From Opitutia bacterium (GTDB lineage: Bacteria; Verrucomicrobiota; Verrucomicrobiia; Opitutales; Opitutaceae): 64,000 nucleotides of DNA. Below, piece after piece: positions 38,357-47,154 of this stretch (the first letter of the stretch is position 1; each line of letters opens with the position of its first letter). The stretch lies in contig CANJKL010000003.1 in the NCBI GenBank assembly GCA_947474935.1, forward strand, positions 13,963 to 77,962, in the 5' to 3' direction. A program made the translations under genes and the position numbers. Under the pieces are notes generated by a model. It was not told where the DNA came from and did no database searches. It saw nothing but the letters and a program-made list of their open reading frames with translations.

Positions 38357-40330
38357 TTAGTGCTTGGCGTGAGGGTCGTCGACGGGCTTGCCGTCCTTGT
38401 CGAGGTGGAGGTGGTAGCCTTCATTGCCCTCGAGCGACCAGAAATAGATGCCGACGAACATAACGGCGCCGCCGATCAGTGAGAGACCGAGCTTGGGGCC
38501 GATGCCCGGGCCTTGTCTGGCATCGAACACCGTGATCCCGACGGCTCCGATCAACAGCCCCAAGCTGGCGACCAGCGGCCAGATCGAACCGAAGGGCATG
38601 TGGATTCCGCCGTGCGCATCCTCTGCCTTCGCGTGCTCGGTTTTTTCCCGGGCGATTTCGTCCTGGTGGTGTTTTTCGTACCACCAGGCATCACGGGCAT
38701 GGACGGTCGGGATGACGCGGAAATTATATTCCGGGGGCGGATTGGGAATCGACCACTCGAGCGTGCGGCCGTCCCAGTAGTCGCCCTTGACGCGTTCACC
38801 TTTGAAATAGGAATACACCATCACCGCAAAATAGATGAAGATGCCGACGCCGAGGATCAGGGCGCCGATCGTTGCAATGTAGTTCGCCGTGTTCCAACCG
38901 AGGTTGGGGTCATAGGTGAAGGTGCGGCGCGGCATGCCGTTCAGGCCGAGGAAATGCATCGGGAAGAACGTGGTGTTGAAGCCGGCGAAGATGATCCAGA
39001 AGGAGAGCTTGCCCCAAAACTCGCCAATCCGACGGCCGAACATCAGTGGGAACCAGTAGTGGATGCCGGCGAGCAGGCCAAACACCGAACCCCCGATCAG
39101 CACGTAGTGGAAGTGCGCGATAACGAAGTAGGAGTCGTTTTGCTGCGCGTCGGCGGGCGCGGCGGCATGCATCACGCCGGAGAAGCCGCCGATCATGAAC
39201 ATCCAGAGGAAGCCCAGCGCGAACATCATCGGCGTGCGCATCATCAGATGACCACCCCACATGGTGCCGATCCAGTTGAAGATCTTTACGCCCGTTGGCA
39301 CCGCGATCGCCATTGTGGCCAGCGCGAAGGCCGCGGTTGCGACTGTGCCCATGCCCGTGGTGAACATATGGTGGCTCCAGACGGAGAAACCGAGGAAGCC
39401 GATCGACGCGCCCGAAAATACCACGATCGGATAACCGAACAGCGGCTTGCGCGAAAACGTCGGTAGAATCTCCGAAATGATCCCCATGGCCGGCAGGATC
39501 AGGATGTATACCTCGGGATGGCCGAATACCCAGAAAAGGTGCTGCCAGAGAATCGGCATGCCGCCGCCCGAGACTTCAAAGAAGTTGGTGCCGAAATTGC
39601 GGTCCATCATGACCTCGACGAGCGCGATGGTGATGAAGGGGAAGGAGAGCACGATGAGGAAGGACGTGATGAGCGTCATCCATACGAAGACGGGCAACCG
39701 CATCATCGTCATGCCGGGGGCGCGCATGTTGATGATCGTCACGATGAAGTTCAACGAGGCCGCGATCGACGCGACACCGAGGAGTTGCAGGCCCATGATC
39801 CAGTAGTCGATCGAGTGGCCGGGCGAAAACTGCTTCGAGGTCAGCGGGGCGTAGCCATACCAACCACCATCCGGGGCGCCTTGCAGCTCCCCCGGGATGA
39901 ACCACCCGATGTTGAGGATGATCGCCCCCGCCACGAACGTCCACAGCGAGAAGGCATTCAGCCGCGGGAAGGCCACGTCACGCGCGCCGATTTGCAGCGG
40001 CATGATAAAATTGAAGAAGGCCGATGACAGCGGCATCACCGATAGGAAGATCATCGTGGTGCCATGCATCGTGAACAACGTGTTGTACTGATGGGCGGTC
40101 AGCAGGTCGTTATTCGGCACCATCAGTTGCAGGCGGATCATCAGCGCCTCCAGTCCACCGACGAGAAAGAAGAAAAGCGCAAAGAAGCCGTAGAGGAATC
40201 CGATGCGCTTGTGGTCGACGGTGATCAGCCAGCTCCACAGGCCGGTCTTGGCGGTCGGGTGGGCGAGCAGCCCGGTTTGCGCCGGAGCGTGCTGCTCTTT
40301 CGTCAGATAGGCGGATTTAGCCAGTTCCAT
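38357..40330 (-). CDS. ctaD: Cytochrome c oxidase subunit I, A1 type
   Basis: DHKRIG, TMHGTTM, AFPRLN, FGHPEVY, WSHHM, AHFHY, GMPRR; all six His ligands present. Confidence 0.96.
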   Translation of the reverse strand: MELAKSAYLTKEQHAPAQTGLLAHPTAKTGLWSWLITVDHKRIGFLYGFFALFFFLVGGLEALMIRLQLMVPNNDLLTAHQYNTLFTMHGTTMIFLSVMPLSSAFFNFIMPLQIGARDVAFPRLNAFSLWTFVAGAIILNIGWFIPGELQGAPDGGWYGYAPLTSKQFSPGHSIDYWIMGLQLLGVASIAASLNFIVTIINMRAPGMTMMRLPVFVWMTLITSFLIVLSFPFITIALVEVMMDRNFGTNFFEVSGGGMPILWQHLFWVFGHPEVYILILPAMGIISEILPTFSRKPLFGYPIVVFSGASIGFLGFSVWSHHMFTTGMGTVATAAFALATMAIAVPTGVKIFNWIGTMWGGHLMMRTPMMFALGFLWMFMIGGFSGVMHAAAPADAQQNDSYFVIAHFHYVLIGGSVFGLLAGIHYWFPLMFGRRIGEFWGKLSFWIIFAGFNTTFFPMHFLGLNGMPRRTFTYDPNLGWNTANYIATIGALILGVGIFIYFAVMVYSYFKGERVKGDYWDGRTLEWSIPNPPPEYNFRVIPTVHARDAWWYEKHHQDEIAREKTEHAKAEDAHGGIHMPFGSIWPLVASLGLLIGAVGITVFDARQGPGIGPKLGLSLIGGAVMFVGIYFWSLEGNEGYHLHLDKDGKPVDDPHAKH

Positions 40331-40457
40331 GTGGATCGATTTGTTTAAATTTGAATTGGAATTCTTCGTTGCAATGACCGGCGCTCAGTTCGCATTTTCC
40401 GGCCAACCGGCGGCATCGGCTGACCGAGGGCGCACGGTTCAGGCAAAATCGGCGCGG

Positions 40458-41732
40458 TTACTTCAAGCTTTCAAGGTACGAAACCAGGGCGATCTCGTCC
40501 TCGGGGGTGAGCTTGATATTGTTGTCCTTGTAACCCTTGGCCATTTTGTTGCCCGGCTTGACCGCGCCCGGATCGTGAATCCACCGGTGCAATTGCTCCC
40601 GATTGTTTTCGAGCAGGCCGGCGGCGATCGTGGTGCGCGATCCGACGTGCGTCAGGTCGGGGGCGGTTACGCCCTGGGCGCCGTGGCCGCGGATCGAGTG
40701 GCAGGCAATACATGCCTTGGCCGCGAACAACGCCTTCCCTTGCGCCACGAGTTCCGCGTTTTCGTCCTTTTCCGGCGCTTGCTTGCCCTTCCAAGCCTCC
40801 AGCGGCTCAAGATCGAACTTATTGGTGACACCCACTTCGTTGCGTTTGAAGGAGCGCAGGTTGGCAAACTGCGCTTTCGCGCCGTTCGCCACGGCCGTGC
40901 GCGGGGCGGCCAGGGTGCGGGCCGGTTGCAGCTGCTGATCGAGCCAGTCATTGAAATCCTTCGGCCCGAGTGCGACCACCCGGAAGCGCATCACGGCGTG
41001 CGAATCACCGCAGTATTCCGCGCATTGGCCCCAGAAATACCCTGGTTTGTCCGCTTGCAGCCAAAGAAAGTTGGCCCGATTCGGGATTATATCGACCTTG
41101 CCGGCCAGCTTCGGCACCCAGAAGGAGTGGATCACGTCCACGGTGCGAAGATTGATCCGGACCGGCCGGCCCGCCGGAATGACCAGCTCGTTGGCCGTGA
41201 CCAGCGGCATCTTCGAGTTTGCGTCGAGCGCGGCCTGCTCGGTGGGATATTCAAATTTGAACCACCACTGATAGCCCGTTGCATTGATCTCGTAAGCCGA
41301 GGCTTTTTGCTCCGCGGGCACGTCGTAGGTGTACCAGATGCCCTTCAGGGTGGGAACCGCGATGATGACCAGCGCGAGCACGGACGCCCCGATGAGGCCG
41401 AGTTCGATCAGCGGGTTGCCGTGGCCTTGCTCCGGCGGTTCGGCATGTTCGTCGGCATCGGACTTGGCCCGGAACTTCACCGTCGTGTAGGCGAGCACGC
41501 CGCCCACGATGATGAAAATCACGAGGGTGACCCAGCAGGTCACGTAAAACACGGCCAGTTGATCGCGGGCGACCGGGCCGTCGACGACGATGGTCGATTG
41601 GTGGCCGTCCATTCGCCAGAAATTGAAGTCGCAGCCGGCGAGCAGGGCGAGAGCGGGAAGAGTGAGGGCGGGGCGGACCCAGCGGGCGAGACGAGCGCGG
41701 AGCGGCGTCGGAGACGGATTATTCAGTCGCAT
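40458..41732 (-). CDS. ctaC: Cytochrome c oxidase subunit II with CuA and fused cytochrome c (caa3 type), lipoprotein
   Basis: Lipobox LAGC, QWWFKFEY, DVIHSFW, CAEYCGDSHAVM (CuA), CIACH and GNKM. Confidence 0.94.
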   Translation of the reverse strand: MRLNNPSPTPLRARLARWVRPALTLPALALLAGCDFNFWRMDGHQSTIVVDGPVARDQLAVFYVTCWVTLVIFIIVGGVLAYTTVKFRAKSDADEHAEPPEQGHGNPLIELGLIGASVLALVIIAVPTLKGIWYTYDVPAEQKASAYEINATGYQWWFKFEYPTEQAALDANSKMPLVTANELVIPAGRPVRINLRTVDVIHSFWVPKLAGKVDIIPNRANFLWLQADKPGYFWGQCAEYCGDSHAVMRFRVVALGPKDFNDWLDQQLQPARTLAAPRTAVANGAKAQFANLRSFKRNEVGVTNKFDLEPLEAWKGKQAPEKDENAELVAQGKALFAAKACIACHSIRGHGAQGVTAPDLTHVGSRTTIAAGLLENNREQLHRWIHDPGAVKPGNKMAKGYKDNNIKLTPEDEIALVSYLESLK

Positions 41733-41966
41733 GTGGTCAGGCGGGAAGGGAAGGGCTGTGGCGGCGAACGCCAGAAGCTTAAGAGCGTTCGCGAACGCGT
41801 AGGCATTTCAAGCCATATTCGGTGCTTTTTCTCCCGCGCCGCGGCTCGCAAATTTTCTTCATGGCCAATTCCGCATCCTAATAACCACCCAATCCCGTCG
41901 CTCCCGCGCCGGTGGCCTCGCTTCGGGTTTGCATGTCGCCCTTCGGCCTCCAAATTTTGTTTCCCT

Positions 41967-42488
41967 ATGAAAATCCGAATCCTGTTCGTTTCCCTTTTCG
42001 CGGCGCTGGCGGTTACCGGTTGTGGCCAGAAAAATACGGCTTCGACCGAAACGGCTGCGCCCGCGCCCAAGGCCGCCGCCAGCGCTCCGGCGCCACAAGC
42101 CAAGGCCGCTCCCCGGACGATTGAGATCACCGCCAACGATCAGATGAAATTCAGCCTCGCCACGATCGAGGCCAAGGCCGGCGAAGACCTCAAGGTGGTG
42201 TTCACCAACGCGGGCACGCTGCCGAAGGAAGCCATGGGCCACAATTGGGTGCTCCTTGCTGCCGGGACCGATGCGATGGCGTTTGCCATGGCCGCCGCGA
42301 GCGCGAGGGACACCGACTACATTCCCGCAGCGTTCAAGGACAAGGTCATCGCCCATTCGGCCATCCTTGGGCCCCGGAAGTCCGAAGAAGTCTCTTTCAA
42401 AGCTCCGGCGCCGGGTGAGTATGTCTATCTCTGCTCGTTCCCGGGGCACTTTGCCGTCGGCATGAAGGGCAAGTTGATCGTCAAGTAA
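41967..42488 (+). CDS. Azurin/auracyanin-like blue copper lipoprotein
   Basis: ATG 41967; lipobox VTGC; Ala/Pro linker; ANDQMKF, MGHNWV, YLCSFPGHF.VGM (His, Cys, His, Met type-1 Cu ligands). Confidence 0.9.
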   Translation: MKIRILFVSLFAALAVTGCGQKNTASTETAAPAPKAAASAPAPQAKAAPRTIEITANDQMKFSLATIEAKAGEDLKVVFTNAGTLPKEAMGHNWVLLAAGTDAMAFAMAAASARDTDYIPAAFKDKVIAHSAILGPRKSEEVSFKAPAPGEYVYLCSFPGHFAVGMKGKLIVK

Positions 42489-42540
42489 TCCGCTTGCAGC
42501 TTTCCGCCCCGGATCACTTCAATCCGGGTGCAACTTCGAT

Positions 42541-42580
42541 CCGCCGCCTTTTCGTTCGGAAACGGAAAGGCGGCGGTTTT
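42541..42580 (+). terminator. Intrinsic terminator after the azurin-like gene
   Basis: CCGCCGCCTTTTCGTT-CGGA-AACGGAAAGGCGGCGG followed by TTTT. Confidence 0.75.
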
Positions 42581-42666
42581 GTGACCGGCCGCCTTGGAGC
42601 CGGACTGGCTCAATTTTCCTCACGAGGAGGGAGGGCGAATGCGGCCCGGTTGCGTTCGTCGGGGCG

Positions 42667-43962
42667 TCAGCGAGCGGCGGGTTGGGCGCGATGTTCCCGC
42701 AGGAGCCGGAGTGCGGCTGCGACCATCAGGCCGCCGCATTCGTCTGCGCCGCGGCCGTCGGGGCCCATTTCGTAACCGCCTTTGATTTTTTCTCCGGGCA
42801 ATCCGACGTATTCGACTCCGTCGCCGTTCGAATAGCCGAGCACTACCGTGTGCGGAAAAGGCGATGCTTTTTGGATGGCGAAGGAGATTTCGATGAGCGG
42901 TTCCCCGGGCAGGGCGACGAAGGCAAGATCGCCGCAGGAAATGACTTGAATCTCGGCCTCGGTCGACCGTTGACCCATGCGAGCTGACGCCGCGGCCGTC
43001 AGGGGCAGGCCCACCATGGCGCGCGAAACCTTGAGCGGGGCCGCCGGCAAAACGAGGGCCTGGGCGGCCGCTTTCGCGGCCCGACCGGCGATAAAGGCCC
43101 CCATTTCGCGCGCCTGCTCGACCCCGCGCCTTGCCGGCACAATGTCGCCGGCGCAGCCCTGCAGAAAAAGCACTTCCCCGCCGAGCGCTTGCGCGAGGCT
43201 GGCACAGGCGGCGCCCGGCCAGTCGGCCGAAACACCGGCGTTGGCCGAGTAAACCGAGACCGCGTGGCAGGCGAGGTGGAGCAGCGTGGCAACGGATTTT
43301 CCGTCGGCATCGCGAAAAGAAAGCACGGTGGCGGTCGGATCGACCGGGCCGAAGCGCAGCCCTTCGGGCAGGACGGTCGAGTCGGGCGTCGTCATCATCA
43401 TCTTCACCGTGCCATCCGGCCGCACGGGCCGCCGGTTGAAGAGCCATTCGCCGACGGTCGCGCGGCCCACGGCGAGTGAGACGGGTCGACGGCCCGCCTC
43501 GGCCTGGCGTGCGGCGTCGGCGCAGCGAGCCGGCAGCTGGCGCATCCAGCGCTCGAGGTTGGGATCGGCCGTCATGGTCCTGCTCGGGTTGCTGACCCAT
43601 TCGTAGCGGGGCGACGTCGGGCCCGAATGGGTGTGCGAGGCATTGACCAGAATGTGCCGGGGCGGGATGGAGATCGCGGCGGCCACGGCCTGCCGGATTT
43701 CGGCGGAATCGGTCTCGTTGATATCAGTGAGATCGAGGGTGAGAATCGCGACCCGCTCCGACTCGGATCCCATGATCAGGGCGCGCACGTGAATCCGGTC
43801 GAGCACTCCGGCGTAGGGACGCTTCGTGACCCAATTGAGCGTGCCCGGATCGGGCGTAAGATCGACGGCAGCGGCGCCGGCGCTAAACCCCGGAGCGACG
43901 GCGGTCAGGAGGGTGGGGGCTACGAGCGCGAGCAGGACCGGTAGAATCCAGCGGAGGGGCAT
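42667..43962 (-). CDS. Secreted neutral/alkaline ceramidase-like hydrolase
   Basis: Signal peptide from ATG 43962; AGAAAVDLTP, D.IHVRAL, NASHTHSGP, HLACH, SADWPG, FLQGCAGD, LPGEP. Confidence 0.65.
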   Translation of the reverse strand: MPLRWILPVLLALVAPTLLTAVAPGFSAGAAAVDLTPDPGTLNWVTKRPYAGVLDRIHVRALIMGSESERVAILTLDLTDINETDSAEIRQAVAAAISIPPRHILVNASHTHSGPTSPRYEWVSNPSRTMTADPNLERWMRQLPARCADAARQAEAGRRPVSLAVGRATVGEWLFNRRPVRPDGTVKMMMTTPDSTVLPEGLRFGPVDPTATVLSFRDADGKSVATLLHLACHAVSVYSANAGVSADWPGAACASLAQALGGEVLFLQGCAGDIVPARRGVEQAREMGAFIAGRAAKAAAQALVLPAAPLKVSRAMVGLPLTAAASARMGQRSTEAEIQVISCGDLAFVALPGEPLIEISFAIQKASPFPHTVVLGYSNGDGVEYVGLPGEKIKGGYEMGPDGRGADECGGLMVAAALRLLREHRAQPAAR

Positions 43963-44082
43963 AGGCTCCGAGTCAGGCAGAAAGATCGGTCGCTCGGCGA
44001 AGAAATTTTGTGGATCGGCAGCCTCGCGCAATACTTGGGTGCGCCGTGGGCGCAGGCCGGCGCGTCCGGTGGATCGCGCGGT

Positions 44083-44496
44083 TTAAATATTATCGTCCTC
44101 GCCGGCCCGTCCCGTGCCGCCGTTGGCGGGCAGATGGTGCGGCAGGAAGAGATAATAGTTCATGAGCCACCAGCTGCGCGACGATCGATAAAAGAGCGCG
44201 GGAAACACCAGCGCACCGATCCCCGCGAGCACGATCGCGGTGGTGGGGCCGATCACCTTGTTGTAGGCGAGCAGTATCACGGGCAGGAGAAAGCATACGA
44301 GCGTCACACCGTAGTTGAGGGACATCGAGCCGAGGAAAAAGCCTTCGTCGTTGTTGCGCTCGATCTTGAATCCGCACGCGGGGCACGCCTTGTTGACCTG
44401 AAAGAAAGTCCCCGCCTTGAACAGCGTGGGGCCTCCGCAGTTGGGACAGCGGTTGGTGAGTCCCCGGACGACGATTTGGGCGCGAGTGACTTTCAT
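44083..44496 (-). CDS. DUF983-like zinc-ribbon membrane protein
   Basis: CPNCG...CPACG followed by two TM segments. Confidence 0.7.
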   Translation of the reverse strand: MKVTRAQIVVRGLTNRCPNCGGPTLFKAGTFFQVNKACPACGFKIERNNDEGFFLGSMSLNYGVTLVCFLLPVILLAYNKVIGPTTAIVLAGIGALVFPALFYRSSRSWWLMNYYLFLPHHLPANGGTGRAGEDDNI

Positions 44497-44547
44497 GTGG
44501 GTGGCGGGGTGGACCGATGATCTTCCCGAAAGCGGACTCCGACAAAG

Positions 44548-44578
44548 AAAAAAAAGGCGCCTCGTGGGACGAGGCGCC
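44548..44578 (-). terminator. Intrinsic terminator after tsf
   Basis: Minus strand GGCGCCTCGT-CCC-ACGAGGCGCC followed by TTTTTTTT. Confidence 0.85.
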
Positions 44579-44601
44579 GAAATTGCTGACGGATCAACCG
44601 C

Positions 44602-45195
44602 TCACGAGCCGAGTTGATAGCGGATAAAGCGGCGGACCTGGATGTTCTCGCCGATCTTGGAGATCTGCTCCGTGAGAATTTCCTTCACGGTCTTATCCGG
44701 CTGCTTTACGAAGGGCTGATCGAGCAGGCAGATCGTCGAGTAATATTTTTCGAGCTTACCCTCGACGATCTTCTGGGCGGCCGCCGGCGGCTTGCCCAGC
44801 ACCTGCGCTGAGGCGATGTCGCGCTCCTTGGTGAGATCGGCTTCCGGCACCTCGTTGCGGCCGACATAAAGCGGGCTGGCGGCGGCGATTTGGAGGCAGA
44901 GGTCCTTCACGAACGCCCGGAAGGCGTCGTTGCGCGCCACGAAGTCCGTTTCGCAATTCACCTCCATGAGAACGCCGACTTTACCGCCGACATGGATGTA
45001 GCTTTCGATCAAGCCCTCTTTGGTGGCCCGGTCGGCCTTTTTCGCCGCCGAGGCGGCGCCCTTTTTCCGCAGAATCGTGGTCGCCTCCTCGGTGTTCCCG
45101 TTCGCTTCGGTGAGCGCTTTCTTGCAATCGAGCAACCCGGCGCCGGTGGACAGGCGCAGGTCGTTGACCATTTGAGCGGTGATGGTGGTGCTCAT
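44602..45195 (-). CDS. tsf: Elongation factor Ts (short form)
   Basis: TGAGLLDCKKAL, EVNCETDFVAR, LLDQPFVK, RRFIRYQLG. Confidence 0.96.
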   Translation of the reverse strand: MSTTITAQMVNDLRLSTGAGLLDCKKALTEANGNTEEATTILRKKGAASAAKKADRATKEGLIESYIHVGGKVGVLMEVNCETDFVARNDAFRAFVKDLCLQIAAASPLYVGRNEVPEADLTKERDIASAQVLGKPPAAAQKIVEGKLEKYYSTICLLDQPFVKQPDKTVKEILTEQISKIGENIQVRRFIRYQLGS

Positions 45196-45221
45196 TGAGA
45201 GAGTGATTTCGGTGAGTTGAC

Positions 45222-46115
45222 TTATTCGGCCTTCACGACGGGACGCTTGGCGCGAACGATCGTCTTCTTGGTCGCGGCCGGATCGGTTTCGCCTCCGGCG
45301 ACGGCAACGACATCGGCGGGCAACTCGACCTTGGAGAGGTCGATGTCATTGGCACCTGCGCCGGCCGGAGTGACGCCCGCCTTGATGGCGCGCAGATCGG
45401 CGGCGCCGCGTTGGGCCCGCCGCGTGTCGCGCTGGGACAGGCCACTTTGGATCGCCGCGGTGATGGTCTCGACGATGATGCGGATCGATTTGACGGCGTC
45501 ATCATTGCCCGGGACGGGGTGCGAAACGGTGGTCGGATCGGAATTGGTGTCCACCAGGCCGACGCACGGGATGCCGGCGCGGGCGCCTTCGGCCACGGCG
45601 ATTTTGTGATGGTGCACATCGACCACGAACATCGCGGACGGCAGGCCGCCCATGTCGGCGATACCATTGAAATTCTTCTGCATGCGGGTCATCTCGCGCT
45701 TGATGGCGGATTCTTCCTTGCGGGGCAGCTTGGCCATCTCACCGCTGGTTTCCATCGCCTGATATTTTTTGAACTTCGCGATGGATTTCTTGACCGTCTC
45801 GTAATTCGTCAGCGTGCCGCCCAGCCAGCGATCGACGCACATGGGCATGTTCACGGATGTGGCCGCCTCGCGGACGATTTCCTTCGCCTGGCGCTTGGTG
45901 CCGACGAAGAGAACGTTGCCGCCATTGGCGACGGTATCCTCAAGGAAAGCACAGGCCTTGGTGAGGGCTTCGTGGGTTTTGCCGAGATCGATGATCGAGA
46001 TGCCCTGGCGATGATCGAAGATGAAAGGCTTCGAACGCGGGTTCCAGCGCTTGGTCTGGTGCCCGAAATGTACGCCTGCATCGAGCAGGTCTTTGGGAGT
46101 TACGGTAATGCTCAT
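45222..46115 (-). CDS. rpsB: 30S ribosomal protein S2
   Basis: LLDAGVHFGHQTKRWNP, FVGTKRQA, RWLGGTLTN, VDTNSDP, PGNDDAV. Confidence 0.97.
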   Translation of the reverse strand: MSITVTPKDLLDAGVHFGHQTKRWNPRSKPFIFDHRQGISIIDLGKTHEALTKACAFLEDTVANGGNVLFVGTKRQAKEIVREAATSVNMPMCVDRWLGGTLTNYETVKKSIAKFKKYQAMETSGEMAKLPRKEESAIKREMTRMQKNFNGIADMGGLPSAMFVVDVHHHKIAVAEGARAGIPCVGLVDTNSDPTTVSHPVPGNDDAVKSIRIIVETITAAIQSGLSQRDTRRAQRGAADLRAIKAGVTPAGAGANDIDLSKVELPADVVAVAGGETDPAATKKTIVRAKRPVVKAE

Positions 46116-46282
46116 TTGATCTGATGTATCTGCGACACAGGTCGGCCGATGGGCCGCCTTGCGATCGTTTGATGGTTGATGGTTACGGTTTACGACTGAC
46201 GTCTATCCACTGACAGAGCCGGCCAAAACACCGTCCGCGGGAACGAGTGGCAAGCGCGAATTGCGGAAAATCCAAAATGGCG

Positions 46283-46311
46283 TTGACAGGGGGCAGGGTG
46301 GCGGGGACCTT
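46283..46311 (+). promoter_or_regulatory. Candidate sigma70 promoter of the tRNA
   Basis: TTGACA (46283-46288), 17-bp spacer, weak -10 GACCTT, ending 14 bp before the tRNA. Confidence 0.45.
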
Positions 46312-46325
46312 CCGCGTCCCGTTGT

Positions 46326-46402
<77 letters not shown>

Positions 46403-46406
46403 ATTT

Positions 46407-46441
46407 AACTCCCTCGTAGGCCGCAAGGTTACGAGGGAGTT
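46407..46441 (+). terminator. Hairpin after the tRNA (terminator or attachment-associated palindrome)
   Basis: AACTCCCTCGTA-N11-TACGAGGGAGTT followed by TCGTTTTC. Confidence 0.6.
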
Positions 46442-46529
46442 TCGTTTTCAAAGGGCGGAAAAATGTGGGTCCGAGTTAACACCGGCGTACAGAGGTAAAC
46501 GCTTTTGGACAAAGACCCACATTCGGACC

Positions 46530-46857
46530 TTGGAGAATCCCTATTGGCAGCACTTCAGCGGCAAACAGTTCTTCCAGCATGGGCTGCCCGATTGATCCGT
46601 CGAGCATGACGCGGTGGCGGCCGCGCCTCGGAGAGGCCGGAGCGGAAGCGATGCTGAAGGAAATGATTGAAACCGGGCTGCGGATGAAGGCGATCAAGCC
46701 GACGCAATTACACCGGGTGAATGTCGACGCGACCGTGCAGAGGAAGGCGGTGCGTTTTCCGACGGATGCGCGGTTGTAAAACCGGGCGCGGGAGCGCTTG
46801 GTGAAAACGGCCCGGGACTGCGGGCTGAAGGTCGAGCAAGGCTACGAGCGGATCGCC
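46530..46857 (+). mobile_element. IS5-family transposase fragment with an internal stop
   Basis: LENPYWQHFSG..FFQH.LPIDPSSMTRWR.RLG...VNVDATVQ.KAVRFPTDARL*NRARERLVK; TAA at 46777-46779; both ends missing. Confidence 0.82.
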
Positions 46858-47047
46858 TGTAGCCCGTTGATCACCGGCATCGCGACGTCCAAGATGATGA
46901 CATCGGGCCGAAGGGACGCGGCCTTCTCCACCGCTTCACGACCATTCCGCGCCTGCAGCACTTTGAGATGGTCACCAATTTTCAACAACCGGCACAGACC
47001 CTCGCCACCACCGCGTGGTTCTCCGCCAGCAGGACGGTGATTCTCTT
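46858..47047 (-). pseudogene. NarL-type response regulator remnant (frameshifted, truncated)
   Basis: KRITVLLAENHAVV in one frame continues as EGLCRLL...ARNGREAVEKAASLRPDVIILDVAMP.INGLQA in another; it ends at the IS5 fragment. Confidence 0.7.
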
Positions 47048-47154
47048 GCACGCGCTCACGCGAGGCCCCGCAGGAAAAACAGAGGTGTCCGAGTGGATTG
47101 CGGTCTCATGGGGCTGATTCCCCGCCATGGCCCCGGGCTTTCGGCCCGCGGACT

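Noticed and set aside
40329-41966. 719-aa ORF 40329..42488 as one protein
   Set aside because: Only the last 173 codons (from ATG 41967) are the azurin-like gene; the rest is antisense to ctaC.
41733-41966. FNR box or sigma54 promoter upstream of the caa3, azurin or act genes
   Set aside because: No TTGAT-N4-ATCAA and no correctly spaced GG-N10-GC found by eye.
44602-46115. Short EF-Ts and rpsB-tsf without pyrH/frr as a novelty
   Set aside because: Short EF-Ts forms and split operons are known in several phyla.
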